A DNA stretch of 64,000 bases, from the NCBI RefSeq assembly GCF_030684315.1, contig NC_081384.1, positions 13,616,818-13,680,817 of the forward strand, in the 5' to 3' direction. Positions within the stretch are counted from its first letter, which is position 1; each line of letters begins with the position of its first letter. The DNA comes from Stegostoma tigrinum (taxonomy: Eukaryota). Position numbers and translations under genes: made by a program. The notes beneath the pieces were generated by a model that ran no database searches, had not been told where the DNA came from, and worked only from the letters and a program-made list of their open reading frames with translations. Positions 26,577 to 40,523 of the stretch are shown one piece after another.

Positions 26577-27994
26577 TGAGGCACCAGGCTGTATACCACT
26601 TCTTTACTGGATGGTGGAAAGTACGTTTACTGTGGGTTAAATGATCTTGTGCCTCTCGGGGAGTGTGAGGAAAGCTGACTGCATCAAAAGCAGCTTTTAT
26701 CAAGTTTCTGTTCCCATAATATTAATCATACTGTTCAATAGGAATAAACAATAGGAACAGCAGCAGGCAATTTAAACAACAAACTCACTTCTCTATTTCA
26801 TGTGATCACCAATGATTTAACCATAGACTGAAGAAATCCTGCCTCCCTCTAAACAATCACTCCCCTTTTCAACCAGAACCTGTATATGGGGAAGAGATAA
26901 CTAACTTGTAATTCTCTAAAAAGAGACAATTGCCCGGATATGAACCTCAGATGGGCAAGACCTTAATTTAAAACTGTGTTCCCGTCACCAGGACTTCTGA
27001 CCGATGTGACACATCCTTCCAGCATCAACCATGTCAAGACCCTCTGTCTCTAATGTTTCAATTAACAACCCTGATTCCACAGCATCAGGAAGGTGTCTAA
27101 TACTTGCTTCCACATCACTCAGCAATTTGCTTCCATCAGAACATTTACTGCATCACACTGACATTCATACAAGTGTTTGGCTGTACAGAGAGAAATATTT
27201 ACAATATCAATGGTCCGCAATTGGATGTGGGCATTGCCACATGACATCCATTAGACATTCTTTAAATGCAACGCAAGAGTCACAGAGACTTTCAACGATG
27301 TTGAAACTAAAATATAATGAGTTATTCTTCTTCTGTTGTGCTGTTTCTTGTGGACTGGGATGTATGTTGTGAATGCAAAGAGGGAGAAGATCCAAAGGCT
27401 TCTCACAAACTGGAATTGGACATGTACTTGCAAAAGAAGAATTTGCAGAGCTTCGGGGAAAAAACATTGGAGGTGCAAGGAATTGGTCAGCGCTTTGAAA
27501 GAGCTGAATTTGGCCTGGTGGACTGATTGGCCTCATCTGTTGCTCTGCAGATCTAAAGCTGTTGTTGAGCATTCTTTGTTTTATAAAGTGCAGATCCTAC
27601 ATCAAACACCTTATCAGCAACAGGGTTTTATAACATTGAAGGACACAACAACTTCATGTTTAAGTCTTTCGCTTTTCAAACTCTTTCTTCATCATCAGCA
27701 AGGAGGTATTCTCCTTCGGACAGATTCAACAGTTTGTTCAAAAAGTACAAATCTAGTTGCATTTCACTCCACCTCAAGCTGAAAAGTAGCACTTCAATCT
27801 CAAGGAAGTAATTGGAAACAGTAATGTTGCAAAACACAAACACTGCATCTTCATTCTGTATTGACATGATTGACTCTTTTACATATTTAAAAACGTTTCT
27901 CTTTTCACAATCCTCACTTTCCTGCACAGACTCTGCTTTCCGCTCAGCTGTCATTCATTAACATTGCTCCTCCCAGCTGTGCAGTCACTGCCTG

Positions 27995-28167
27995 TGAACA
28001 TTCCGGAAATCCCTGGAAATCCTCCAGTCAGTATCACTGTGTCAATTCATTCCTGTTTCAAGTTAGCCTGAGATGAGACGTCATTTATTTTCAGCTGACA
28101 TGTGATAAACCCAGCAAAGTTTAGCTCATTCTGGAAATGTCTGGATTCCTGGCAGTGGAATATTTAA
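27995..28167 (+). promoter_or_regulatory. HSE/HSE/TATA promoter, copy 7
   Basis: Same motifs; TATTTAA. Confidence 0.8.
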
Positions 28168-28260
28168 GGTGTGTGTCCTGTGTGCTGCAGGAGGTCAGAG
28201 ATTGACGACTGGGAGATCACATCAGTCAGTTTGAGAGACGTGAGAGAAGAAGCAGAGACA

Positions 28261-28845
28261 ATGCTGAGCTATCGGTCTTTCCACCCTTCACACCTGTGTC
28301 AGCAGCCTGTGTACACATTGGGGTCTGTTGAACACAGGCTCTGGGTGCCGCTTCAATGTCATGTGTGGAAAGAGGTGGAAGAAGCGAGAAAGAGCATCAA
28401 CTTCATGAATCGAGTCCTTGAGGAGCTGACAGCAGAATTTTTCAGGGAAGTACCAAGAAGTCAGGATAACAAACCTGACACTATCGGAGAAGGTAAAGGA
28501 CAATCCTTGGAGAAGGATGGAGATGGGTTTTCTGTGTCCCTGAATGTGCAGCACTTCTCTCCAGAAGAACTGAGGGTGAAAGTATTTGGAAGAAAAGTGC
28601 TGGTGACAGGAAAACACGAGGCGAAATGTGATGATGGCAGCGGCTCTTACAGCTACAAATATGAAGAGTTCAGGAGAGAATTCCAGCTGCCAGAGGATGT
28701 CGATGCTGAAGCTCTTCAATGCTGTTTGTCACAGGATGGTCGGTTAAATGTTCAAGCCCCAAGCCTGGCATTGCCAGCTGTGAATGAACGGACCGTCCCC
28801 ATCAACATCACCTCAGACAGCAACCACTCCCCGGCTCATTCCTGA
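28261..28845 (+). CDS. hsp30: HSP30-like copy 7, C-terminally frameshifted (194 aa)
   Basis: Same 2-bp deletion as copy 6. Confidence 0.8.
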   Translation: MLSYRSFHPSHLCQQPVYTLGSVEHRLWVPLQCHVWKEVEEARKSINFMNRVLEELTAEFFREVPRSQDNKPDTIGEGKGQSLEKDGDGFSVSLNVQHFSPEELRVKVFGRKVLVTGKHEAKCDDGSGSYSYKYEEFRREFQLPEDVDAEALQCCLSQDGRLNVQAPSLALPAVNERTVPINITSDSNHSPAHS

Positions 28846-30097
28846 CCAAGAGGCAAAGAAACAGGAGAGTGGGAGGGATGTGGGGAACAAGAAAGATGGA
28901 GAACATATGGACAACAAAGACGTTGATTGAATGAACGTTTTAACGTATAGGAATTATTGCAACGCAGCAATCAATATCTGTCAATGTACACTGAAAATAA
29001 AAATTTTGTTGTATTAATTGTCTTGAGCATAGATAAGGGTACTGTGCTATTATAAACATTCATGTGGAGTATTTATAAAGAAGTATTCATATTGGATCAA
29101 TAAATAGTTTTGAAAGTTAATAATCCTGATTGTGCCCTCTTATTTGATCAAAACAAAAGTAATACATTACTGATAATCTTCATTCAAAATTACATTATTT
29201 TCAGTTACGGTAAAGAGACCTTCTATGTGGGATTAAATTAAAACACAGGGCAGAAAATCAGTTGGTCGAGATTTGCCTCAATCTAAACTCAGACTCATAT
29301 AGTCATCGGGTCATGAAGTTATGCAGCACAGAAACATATCCTTTGGTCCAACCTGACCGTGCCCACCAGGTATGCCAAACGTAACTCGTCCCATTTGCCT
29401 GCGTTTGGTCCATATCTCGCTCGCCTTTTCCTATTCACGCACATCTCCAAATATCTTTAAATATTCTAACTGTACCTGCACCTACACGTTCTCTGGCAGC
29501 TCATTCCATTCTCACACTACCCACTGTGTGGAAACATTGTCCCTCAGGTCCCTTTTAAAAAGTTCCGGTTGCCGCTTGAACCTATGCTCTCTAGCTTTGG
29601 GCTCCCCAACCCTTGGAATAAGATCTTGGCGATCCACCTTTTCTATGCCTGTAATGATTTTATAAACCTTCGTAAGGTCATCCCTCAGCATATTGCGTAC
29701 AGTTCTTGTCACCACACCTGCAGAAGGACTCAGATACTATGGAGAGGATACTGAAAGGTTTTACCAGGATTTTACCTTGGATGGGCAATTTTAGCCCAGA
29801 GTGGAAGGACAAAATGTGTCAGCACAGGTTTGGAGAGCTGAGGGGCAGGGTCCTGTGCTGCATTATGCGCTGTTCATACGGAGCTCGTGGAAACAAAAAG
29901 TCCTCGCCTATCGAGCCTCGCCCTACAACTCAATCCTCTCATGTTAGCAACATACTTGCAAATTTTTTCTGTCTCTAGTTCAATCAAAGATATTAAATTC
30001 ATGTTGAGGGACCATCATTGAAGAGCTTTGTGCACTTCAATCGCACAGATGTTTGCAGATTTACAAATCATCAGCAACAAGGGCTTGTCATCCAACT

Positions 30098-31070
30098 CCC
30101 TCAGGGTATGTCTTCAGCCCAACCATCATCAGCTGCTTCATCAATGACCTTCCCCGCCATTGTCAGGTCAGAAGTGGGAATGTTCACCTACGATTGCGCA
30201 GTTTTCAGCACGGTTTGCGATTTCTCAGATACTGAAGCAGGCACATTCAAATGCAGCAAGATCTGGATAATCTGGCTTGGCCTGTCCAATGGCAAGTGAC
30301 ATTTGTGCAACACAAATGCCAGCGTATCACCATCACCAATAAAAGCCATTGTAACCACTGCTCCTTAACATTCAATTGTGGTGCCATGAACTATACCTCA
30401 CTATCAACATCCTGAGACTTATCATTGACCAGAAACTCAACTTGATTCACCACATAAACACAGTGGTTACAACAGCAAGCCAGAAGCTGGGAATGCTATG
30501 GCAGGAAACTCTCTCCTGACTCCTCAAAGCCTGTCCACCATCTACAAGGCACGAGTCAGGGTTGTGATGGAATGCCCTCCACTTGCCTGGATGAGTCCGG
30601 CTCCCACAACACATGAGAAGTTTGACACCATCCAGCACAAAGCAGCGCACTCGATTCGCTCCACATCCATAAGCACCCACTCCATCCAACCCCCACGCTC
30701 AGTACCAGCAGTGTCTAATATCTGCAGGATGTGCTGCAGAAATTCACTAAAGATCCTCAGACAGCACTTTCCAAACACACATCCACTTCCATCCAAGGGC
30801 AGCAGACAAATGGGAACACCACCAACTTCAACTTCCCCTCCCAGCCCCTCATCATCCTGACTTGGAAATATATCGGTGTTCCTTCACTGTCATTGGATCA
30901 AAATCCCAGAATTGTCTCCCAAGTGGTCATGTGGGTGAAACCACGGCAGGTGGTGCGCAGACGTTCAAGAATGCATTTCACCACCACCTTCTCAAGGGAA
31001 ATGAGGTACGGGCAAGAAATGCTGGCCAGACTGCCACTCCCACAGCCCACAAAAGAGTGGAAAATATAAC
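30098..31070 (+). mobile_element. CR1/L2-group LINE fragment, spacer A7
   Basis: Paralog of 11668-12640. Confidence 0.8.
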
Positions 31071-32489
31071 TGAGGCACCAGGCTGTATACCACTTCTTTA
31101 CAGGATGGTGGAAAGTACGTTTACTGTGCGTTAAATGATCTTGTGCCTCTCGGGGAGTGTGAGGAAAGCTGACTGCATCAAAAGCAGCTTTTATCAAGTT
31201 TCTGTTCCCATAATATTAATCATACTGTTCAATAGGAATAAACAATAGGAACAGCAGCAGGCAATTTAAACAACAAACTCACTTCTCTATTTCATGTGAT
31301 CACCAATGATTTAACCATAGACTGAAGAAATCCTGCCTCCCTCTAAACAATCACTCCACTTTTCAACCAGAACCTGTATATGGGGAAGAGATAACTAACT
31401 TGTAATTCTCTAAAAAGAGACAATTGCCCGGATATGAACCTCAGATGGGCAAGACCTTAATTTAAAACTGTGTTCCCGACACCAGGACTTCTGACCGATG
31501 TGACACATCCTTCCAGCGTCAACCATGTCAAGACCCTCTGTCTCTAATGTTTCAATTAACGACCCTGATTCCACAGCATCAGGAAGGTGTCTAATACTTC
31601 CTTCCACATCACTCAGCAATTTGCTTCCATCAGAACATTTACTGCATCACACTGACATTCATACAACTGTTTGGCTGTACAGAGAGAAATATTTACAATA
31701 TGAATGGTCCGCAATTGGATGTGGGCATTGCCACATGACATCCATTAGATATTCTTTAAATGCAACGCAAGAGTCACAGAGGCTTTCAACGATGTTGAAA
31801 CTAAAATATAATGAGTTATTCTTCTTCTGTTGTGCTGTTTCTTGTGGACTGGGATGTATGTTGTGAATGCAAAGAGGGAGAAAATCCAAAGGCTTCTCAC
31901 AAACTGGAATTGGACATGTACTTGCAAAAGAAGAATTTGCAGAGCTTCGGGGAAAAAACATTGGAGGTGCAAGGAATTGGTCAGCGCTTTGAAAGAGCTG
32001 AATCTGGCCTGGTGGACTGATTGGCCTCATCTGTTGCTCTGCAGATCTAAAGCTGTTGTTGAGCAGTCTTCGTTTTATAAAGTGCAGATCCTACATCAAA
32101 CACCTTATCAGCAACAGGGTTTTATAACATTGAAGGACACAACAACTTCATGTTTAAGTCTTTCGCTTTTCAAACTCTTTCTTCATCATCAGCAGGGAGG
32201 TATTCTCCTTCAGGACAGATTCAACAGTTTGTTCAAAAAGTACAAATCTGGTTGCATTTCACTCCACCTCAAGCTGAAAAGTAGCACTTCAATCTCAAGG
32301 AAGTAATTGGAAACAGTAATGTTGCAAAACACAAACACTCCATCTTCATTCTGTATTGACATGATTGACTCTTTTAAATATTTAAAACCTTTTCTCTTTT
32401 CACAATCCTCACTTTCCTGCACAGACTCTGCTTTCCGCTCAGCTGTCAATCATTAACATTGCTCCTCCCAGCTGTGCAGTCACTGCCTG

Positions 32490-32662
32490 TGAACATTCCG
32501 GAAATCCCTGGAAATCCTCCAGTCGGTATCACTGTGTCGATTCATTCCTGTTTCAAGTTAGCCTGAGATGAGACGTCATTTATTTTCAGCTGACATGTGA
32601 TAAACCCAGCAAAGTTTAGCTCATTCTGGAAATGTCTGGATTCCTGGCAGTAGAATATTTAA
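32490..32662 (+). promoter_or_regulatory. HSE/HSE/TATA promoter, copy 8
   Basis: Same motifs; TATTTAA. Confidence 0.8.
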
Positions 32663-32755
32663 GGTGTGTGTCCTGTGTGCTGCAGGAGGTCAGAGACTGA
32701 CGACTGGGAGATCACTTCAGTCAGTTTGAGAGACGTGAGAGAAGAAGCAGAGACA

Positions 32756-33427
32756 ATGCTGAGCTATCGGTCTTTCCACCCTTCACACCTGTGTCAGCAG
32801 CCTGTGTACACATTGGGGTCTGTTGAACACAGGCTCTGGGAGCCGCTTCAATGTCATGTGTGGAAACAGGTGGAAGCAGCGAGAAAGAGCATGAACTTCA
32901 TGAATCGAGTCCTTGAGGAGCTGACAGCAGGACTATTCGAGGGAATTCCAAGAAGTCAGGATAACAAACCTGACAGTGTCAGAGAAGGTAAAGGACAATC
33001 CTTGGAGAAGGATGGAGATGGGTTTTCTGTGTCCCTGAATGTGCAGCACTTCTCTCCAGAAGAACTGAGGGTGAAAGTATTTGGAAGAAAAGTGCTGGTG
33101 ACAGGAAAACACGAGAAGAAATGTGATGATGGCAGCGGCTCTTACAGCTACAAATATGAAGAGTTCAGGAGAGAATTCCAGCTGCCAGAGGATGTCGATG
33201 CTGAAGCTCTTCAATGCTGTTTGTCACAGGATGGTCGGTTGAAGGTTCAAGCCCCAAGCCTGGCATTGCCAGCTGTGAATGAACGGACAGTCCCCATCAA
33301 CATCACCTCAGACATGACAACCACTCCACGGCTCATCCCTGACCAGGAGGCAAAGAAACAGGAGAGTGGGAGGGATGTGGGGAACAAGAAAGAAGGAGAA
33401 CCTACGGACAGCAAAGTCTTTGTTTGA
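32756..33427 (+). CDS. hsp30: HSP30-like copy 8 (223 aa)
   Basis: Intact ORF ending ..EPTDSKVFV. Confidence 0.92.
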   Translation: MLSYRSFHPSHLCQQPVYTLGSVEHRLWEPLQCHVWKQVEAARKSMNFMNRVLEELTAGLFEGIPRSQDNKPDSVREGKGQSLEKDGDGFSVSLNVQHFSPEELRVKVFGRKVLVTGKHEKKCDDGSGSYSYKYEEFRREFQLPEDVDAEALQCCLSQDGRLKVQAPSLALPAVNERTVPINITSDMTTTPRLIPDQEAKKQESGRDVGNKKEGEPTDSKVFV

Positions 33428-35071
33428 ATGAACTTTTGAAGATGGAAGAATTGTTCAAAAGCAACAATGAATTATTGTCAATGTGTGATAAAAATAAAAA
33501 TTTTGTTAAATTAGTTGCTTCAAACTTAGACAACAGTACCGTGCAATTATCAGAAATGGTGTGGATTATTTATATATGTATGTGTATTGGACCAATAAAT
33601 AATTTTGTAAGTTAACAATCCTGATTTTGCCATCTTCCTTGATGGAAACAAAAGTGAAACATTACTGATAATCTTCACGCAAACTTACATTATTCTCAGT
33701 TAAGGGGAAGAGACCTTTTATGTGGGATTAAATTAATACACAGGGCATAAAATCACACTGTCCAGATCTGCCTAAATGAAAATTAAAAGACAATAGGTGC
33801 TGGGGTAGGCCTTTCGGCCCATCGAGCCAGCACCACCATTCATTATGATCATGGCTGATCATCCACAAGCAGTATCCTAACATAGACAACAGACAATTGG
33901 TGCTGGAGTAGGCCATTCAGCCCTTAAGTAGATATAGTAACAGAGTCATGAAGGTATGCAGCACAGAAACATACCCTTCAGTCCAACTTGACCGTGCCCA
34001 CCAGGTATGCCAAATGTAACTTGTCCCATTTGCCTGCGTTTGGTCCATATCTCGCTCACCTTTTCCTATTCATGCACATTTCCAAATATCTTTAAATATT
34101 GTAACTGTACCTGCACCTACCACTCTCTCTGGCAGCTCATTCCATTCTCACACTACCCGCTGTGTGGAAACATTGTCCCTCAGGCCTCCTTTAAATACTT
34201 AGCATCTCCCCTTGAACTTATGCCCTCTAGCTTTGCACGCCCCTACCCTTGCACTAAGACCTTTGCGATTCACCGTACCTATGCCTCTCATGGTATTATA
34301 AACCTTCATAAGTTCACCCCTCAGCTTATTAAGTATAGTTCTGGTCAACACACAAGCAGAATGATTTTCGTCCTTTGGAGAGGGTCCAGAAAAGTTTTAT
34401 CAGGATGCTGCTTTATATGGGGGATATTAGCCATGAGGAAAAGTTGGATCTATTAGGTTTGTTTTCAGTGGAATACAGGTAGTTGAGGTTTATATGATTG
34501 TGAATGCCATGAATAGAATGTAAAGTTTGAGAATGTTTTCACAGAGTGGAGGCACGAATTAACTGGGGATACAGGTTCAAGATGAGAGGGCGGATGTTTA
34601 TAAGATTTGTGCGATGCAGGTTTATCACATAAATGGTGGGGAGTGCCCAGAACATGCTGCCACAGGAGGTGGTGGATGCGGACACAACAGCAGCATTCGA
34701 GAAACACCTGAACGAGTACATGCATAGGACATGAATAGAGGATACAGATCCTGTCAGTAACGAGACCGAGAGTGTGGAAGGGCAAAAGGTGTCAGCACAT
34801 GCTTGGAGGGGTGAGGGGCAGGGTCCTGTGCTGCATTGTCCGATGTTCATCCAAAGCTCCTGGAAAAAAATGTCCTCGCCTATTGAACATCTCTCTCCAA
34901 CTCAAGCCTCCTGTGAAAGCAACATCTTGTAAATTTTTCCTGCATCCAGGTCAGTTAAAGATATCAATCTAATGTTCAGGGACCATCATTGAAGAGCTTT
35001 GTTCACCTTGATTGCAGAGATATTCCCCATAGATTGACAAATCATCAGCAACAAGGGCTTGACTTCCAACT

Positions 35072-36061
35072 TCCTCAGGGTAGTGTGCTGAACCCAAGCA
35101 TCTTCAGCTGCTTCATCAATGACCTTCCCTCCATTGTCAGGTCAGAAGTGGGAATGTTCGCCAACACGTTGGTTGCACAATGTTCAGCACCACTCGCGAC
35201 TCCTCAGGTACTGAAACAGTCCATGTTCAAACGCAACAAGATCTGGACAATATCCAGGCTTGGCTTGTCAAATGGCAAGTGATAATCGTGCCACACAAAT
35301 GCCAGCCTATCACCATCACCAATGAGAGACAATCTATCCACGGGGCCTTTATATTAATGGTGTTACCGTGGCTTATCCCCCACTATCAATAACCTGGGGC
35401 TTATCATTGACCAGAAACTCAACTAGACTCACCACATAAACACAATGGCGACAAGAGTATGTCAGAAGCTAGGAACTCCATGGCGAAAAACTCACCTCCT
35501 GACTCGTCAAAGCCTGTCCACCATCGACAAGGCACGAGTCAGGAGTGTGATGGAATACTCGCCACTTGCCTGGTTGAATGCAGCTCCAACAACACACGGG
35601 AAGTCTGACACCCTCCAGGACAAATCAACCCACTTGATTGGTACCACATCCACAAGCATCCATTCCCTCCAAACCCCACACTCAGTACCAGCAGTGTATA
35701 ATATCTGCAAGATCTACTGCAGAATTCCACCAAAGATCCTTAGGCAGCACCTTCCAAATGCATGATCACTTCCATCTAGAAGGACACGGGCAGCAGACAT
35801 ACGGGGATACCATCATCAGCAAGTTCCCCTCCTAGTCACTTACCATCCTGACTTGAAACTATATTGGTGTTCCTTCACTGTCAGTGGGCCACAATCCCAG
35901 AATTGTCTCCCAATTGGCACAGTGGGTGAATCCACAGCAGGTCGTGCACAGAGGTTCACGAAGGCAGCTCACCACCACCTTCTGAAGGGAAACGAGGTAC
36001 AGGCAAGAAATGCTGACCAGACCGCCATTCCCAACGCCCACAAAAGAGTGGAAAAAATAAC
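35072..36061 (+). mobile_element. CR1/L2-group LINE fragment, spacer B8
   Basis: Paralog of 21126-22115. Confidence 0.8.
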
Positions 36062-37447
36062 TGAGGCACCAGGCTGTACTCCACCTGGTTACTGGATGGG
36101 GGAAAGCACATTCATCGCGGGGTAAATGGCCGTGTGCCTATCCTGGTGTGTGTGCAAAACTGATTGCATCAAAAACAGCTTTTATCAAGTTTCTGTTTCG
36201 ATAATACTAACTGTCCAATTCTAGTGATCGTCAAGAACAGGACTGAGGATAATGGACTGAAGACATCCTGCCTCCCGGATAACTGACACTCCCTGTTTAA
36301 GCCCTAACCTGGACACGGACCTGAATAATTCAATGTTGCAGCTTCCTTTGCTCATTGCAGGAGAAACAGCAAACTGATAGCCCTCTGAAAGGAGACAAAA
36401 CCCCTGATCTGACCCTTAAATGCCTGAGCCCTTAGTATTAAACTGTGCTCCTGATGCCAAGATTTCTGAGCGATGTGACACATCCTTTCAGCATTGACAA
36501 TGACAAGACCCTCTGAATCTAATGTATCAATAGACAGCCATTATTCCCAAGCATCAGGAAGGTGTCTCATGCTTCCCTCCACGTCACCCAGCAGTTTGCT
36601 TCCATCAGTACATTTACTGCATCACACTGACTGCAGATAAGTGGTTTGCTGAACAGTGAGAAATATTAAAAATGTCCCCAAACTGATGTGAGCAATGCAA
36701 CAAGACATCCGTTAGAAATTCATTAAATGCTGCGCACAAGTCACAGAGGCTGAACTTATGTTGAACCTAAAATATAGTTGGTTATTCTTCTACTTGTGAA
36801 CTGAAAAGGAAGCTGGAAATGCAAAGAGGGAGCAGATCCAAAGGCATCTCACCAACTGGAATTTGTCATTGTACTTGCAAAAGGAGAATTCGCAAAGCTT
36901 TGGGAAAAGAGCACGGGAGGTGCACGGGAGCATTGGAAGAGAGTAATCTGGCCTGGTGGACGGATTGGCCTCATTTGCTGCTCTGCAGATCTAAAGCAAT
37001 TGTTGCGCATTCTGCATTTTATGAAGTGTAAATCCCAAATCAAACACATTATGGGCAAATTGGGTTTTGAAGATTTGAAGAACAATGGAAGAACGCAGCA
37101 GCTTCATTTCTAAATATTTAATTTTCGAATTTACTTTTTATTTATCAGCAAAGAGCTACTTGCCTTGAGGACGGATTGAACACTTTACTGAAGTGAAATA
37201 AACCTATTTTCGTTTTAATCCATCTCAAAATGATAAATAGTATATCAATCTCAAGGATGCCACTGAGAACAGGAATGATAGAAAAGCCAAACACAGTCTT
37301 TTCATTCTGACAGGACATGAGTTAATGTTTCAAACAATTAAAACCTTTTCTCTGTTTCAACAATCCTCACTTTCCTGCACAGACTCTGCTTTCCGCTCAG
37401 CTGTCAATCATTAACATTGCTCCTCCCAGCTGTGCAGCCACTGCCTG

Positions 37448-37620
37448 TGAACATTCCGGAAATCCCTGGAAATCCTCCAGTGGGAATCACTGAGTCGAGT
37501 CATTCCTGTTTAAAGGAAGCCTGAGATGAGACGTCATTTATTTTCAGCTCACATGTGATAAACCCAGCAAAGTTTAGCTCATTCTGGAAATGTCTGGATT
37601 CCTGGCAATAGAATATATAA
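37448..37620 (+). promoter_or_regulatory. HSE/HSE/TATA promoter, copy 9
   Basis: Same motifs; TATATAA. Confidence 0.8.
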
Positions 37621-37713
37621 CGTGTGTGTCCTGTGTGCTGCAGGAGGTCAGAGACTGACGACTGGGAGATCACATCAGTCAGTTTGAGAGACGTGAGAGA
37701 AGAAGCAGAGACA

Positions 37714-38298
37714 ATGCTGAGCTATCGGTCTTTCCACCCTTCACGCCTGTGTCAGCAGCCTGTGTACACTTTGGGGTCTGTTGAACACAGGCTCTGGGAG
37801 CCGCTTCAATGTCATGTGTGGAAACAGGTGGAAGAAGCGAGAAGGAGCATGAACTTCATGAATCGAGTCCTTGAGGAGCTGACAGCAGAACTTTTCGAGG
37901 GAATTCCAAGAAGTCAGGATAACAAACCTGACAGTGTCAGAAAAGGTAAAGGACAATCCTTGGAGAAGGATGTCGATGGGTTTTCTGTGTCCCTGAATGT
38001 GCAGCACTTCTCTCCAGAAGAACTGAGGGTGAAAGTATTTGGAAGAAAAGTGCTGGTGACAGGAAAACACGAGAAGAAATGTGATGATGGCAGCGGCTCT
38101 TACAGCTACAAATATGAAGAGTTCAGGAGAGAATTCCAGCTGCCAGCGGATGTCGATGCTGAAGCTCTTCAATGCTGTTTGTCACAGGATGGTCGGTTAA
38201 ATGTTCAAGCCCCAAGCCTGGCATTGCCAGCTGTGAATGAACGGACCGTCCCCATCAACATCACCTCAGACAGCAACCACTCCCCGGCTCATTCCTGA
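37714..38298 (+). CDS. hsp30: HSP30-like copy 9, C-terminally frameshifted (194 aa)
   Basis: Same 2-bp deletion as copies 6 and 7. Confidence 0.8.
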   Translation: MLSYRSFHPSRLCQQPVYTLGSVEHRLWEPLQCHVWKQVEEARRSMNFMNRVLEELTAELFEGIPRSQDNKPDSVRKGKGQSLEKDVDGFSVSLNVQHFSPEELRVKVFGRKVLVTGKHEKKCDDGSGSYSYKYEEFRREFQLPADVDAEALQCCLSQDGRLNVQAPSLALPAVNERTVPINITSDSNHSPAHS

Positions 38299-39550
38299 CC
38301 AAGAGGCAAAGAAACAGGAGAGTGGGAGGGATGTGGGGAACAAGAAAGATGGAGAACATATGGACAACAAAGACTTTGATTGAATGAACGTTTTAATGTA
38401 TAGGAATTATTGCAACGCAGCAATCAATATCTGTCAATGTACACTGAAAATAAAAATTTTGTTGTATTAATTGTCTTGAGCATAGATAAGGGTACTGTGC
38501 TATTATAAACATTCATGTGGAGTATTTATAAAGAAGTATGCATATTGGATCAATAAATAGTTTTGAAAGTTAATAATCCTGATTGTGCCCTCTTATTTGA
38601 TCAAAACAAAAGTAATACATTACTGATAATCTTCATTCAAAATTACATTATTTTCAGTTACGGTAAAGAGACCTTCTATGTGGGATTAAATTAAAACACA
38701 GGGCAGAAAATCAGTTGGTCGAGATTTGCCTCAATCGAAACTCAGACTCATATAGTCATCGGGTCATGAAGTTATGCAGCACAGAAACATATCCTTTGGT
38801 CCAACCTGACCGTGCCCACCAGGTATGCCAAACGTAACTCGTCCCATTTGCCTGCGTTTGGTCCATATCTCGCTCGCCTTTTCCTATTCACGCACATCTC
38901 CAAATATCTTTAAATATTCTAACTGTACCTGCACCTACACGTTCTCTGGCAGCTCATTCCATTCTCACACTACCCGCTGTGTGGAAACATTGTCCCTCAG
39001 GTCCCTTTTAAAAAGTTCCGGTTGCCGCTTGAACCTATGCTCTCTAGCTTTGGGCTCCCCAACCCTTGGAATAAGATCTTGGCGATCCACCTTTTCTATG
39101 CCTGTCATGATTTTATAAACCTTCGTAAGGTCATCCCTCAGCATATTGCGTACAGTTCTTGTCACCACACCTGCAGAAGGACTCAGATACTATGGAGAGG
39201 ATACAGAAAGGTTTTACCAGGATTTTACCTTGGATGGGCAATTTTAGCCCAGAGTGGAAGGACAAAATGTGTCAGCACAGGTTTGGAGAGCTGAGGGGCA
39301 GGGTCCTGTGCTGCATTATGCGCTGTTCATACGGAGCTCGTGGAAACAAAAAGTCCTCGCCTATCGAGCCTCGCCCTACAACTCAATCCTCTCATGTTAG
39401 CAACATACTTCCAAATTTTTTCTGTCTCGAGTTCAGTCAAAGATATTAAATTCATGTTGAGGGACCATCATTGAAGAGCTTTGTGCACTTCAATCGCACA
39501 GATGTTTGCAGATTTACAAATCATCAGCAACAAGGGCTTGTCATCCAACT

Positions 39551-40523
39551 CCCTCAGGGTATGTCTTCAGCCCAACCATCATCAGCTGCTTCATCAATGA
39601 CCTTCCCCGCCATTGTCAGATCAGAAGTGGGAATGTTCACCTACGATTGCGCAGTTTTCAGCACGGTTTGCGATTTCTCAGATACTGAAGCAGGCACATT
39701 CAAATGCAGCAAGATCTGGACAATCTGGCTTGGCCTGTCAAATGGCAAGTGACATTTGTGCAACACAAATGCCAGCCTATCACCATCACCAATAAGAGCC
39801 ATTGTAACCACTGCTCCTTAACATTCAATGGTGGTGCCATGACCTATACCTCACTATCAACATCCTGAGACTTATCATTGACCAGAAACTCAACTTGATT
39901 CACCACATAAACACAGTGGTTACAACAGCAAGCCAGAAGCTGGGAATGCTATGGCAGGAAACTCTCTCCTGACTCCTCAAAGCCTGTCCACCATCTACAA
40001 GGCACGAGTCAGGGTTGTGATGGAATGCCCTCCACTTGCCTGGATGAGTCCGGCTCCAAAAACACATGAGAAGTTTGACACCATCCAGCACAAAGCAGCG
40101 CACTCGATTCGCTCCACATCCATAAGCACCCACTCCATCCAACCCCCACGCTCAGTACCAGCAGTGTCTAATATCTGCAGGATGTGCTGCAGAAATTCAC
40201 CAGAGATCCTCAGACAGCACTTTTCAAACACACATCCACTTCCATCCAAGGGCAGCAGACAAATGGGAACACCACCAACTTCAACTTCCCCTCCCAGCCC
40301 CTCATCATCCTGACTTGGAAATATATCGGTGTTCCTTCACTGTCATTGGATCAAAATCCCAGAATTGTCTCCCAAGTGGTCGTGTGGGGGAAACCATGGC
40401 AGGTGGTGCGCAGACGTTCAAGAAGGCATCCCACCACCACCTTCTCAACTGAAACCAGGTACGGGCAAGAAATGCTGGCCAGACTGCCACTCCCACAGCC
40501 CACAAAAGAGTGGAAAATATAAC
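39551..40523 (+). mobile_element. CR1/L2-group LINE fragment, spacer A9
   Basis: Paralog of 11668-12640. Confidence 0.8.
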
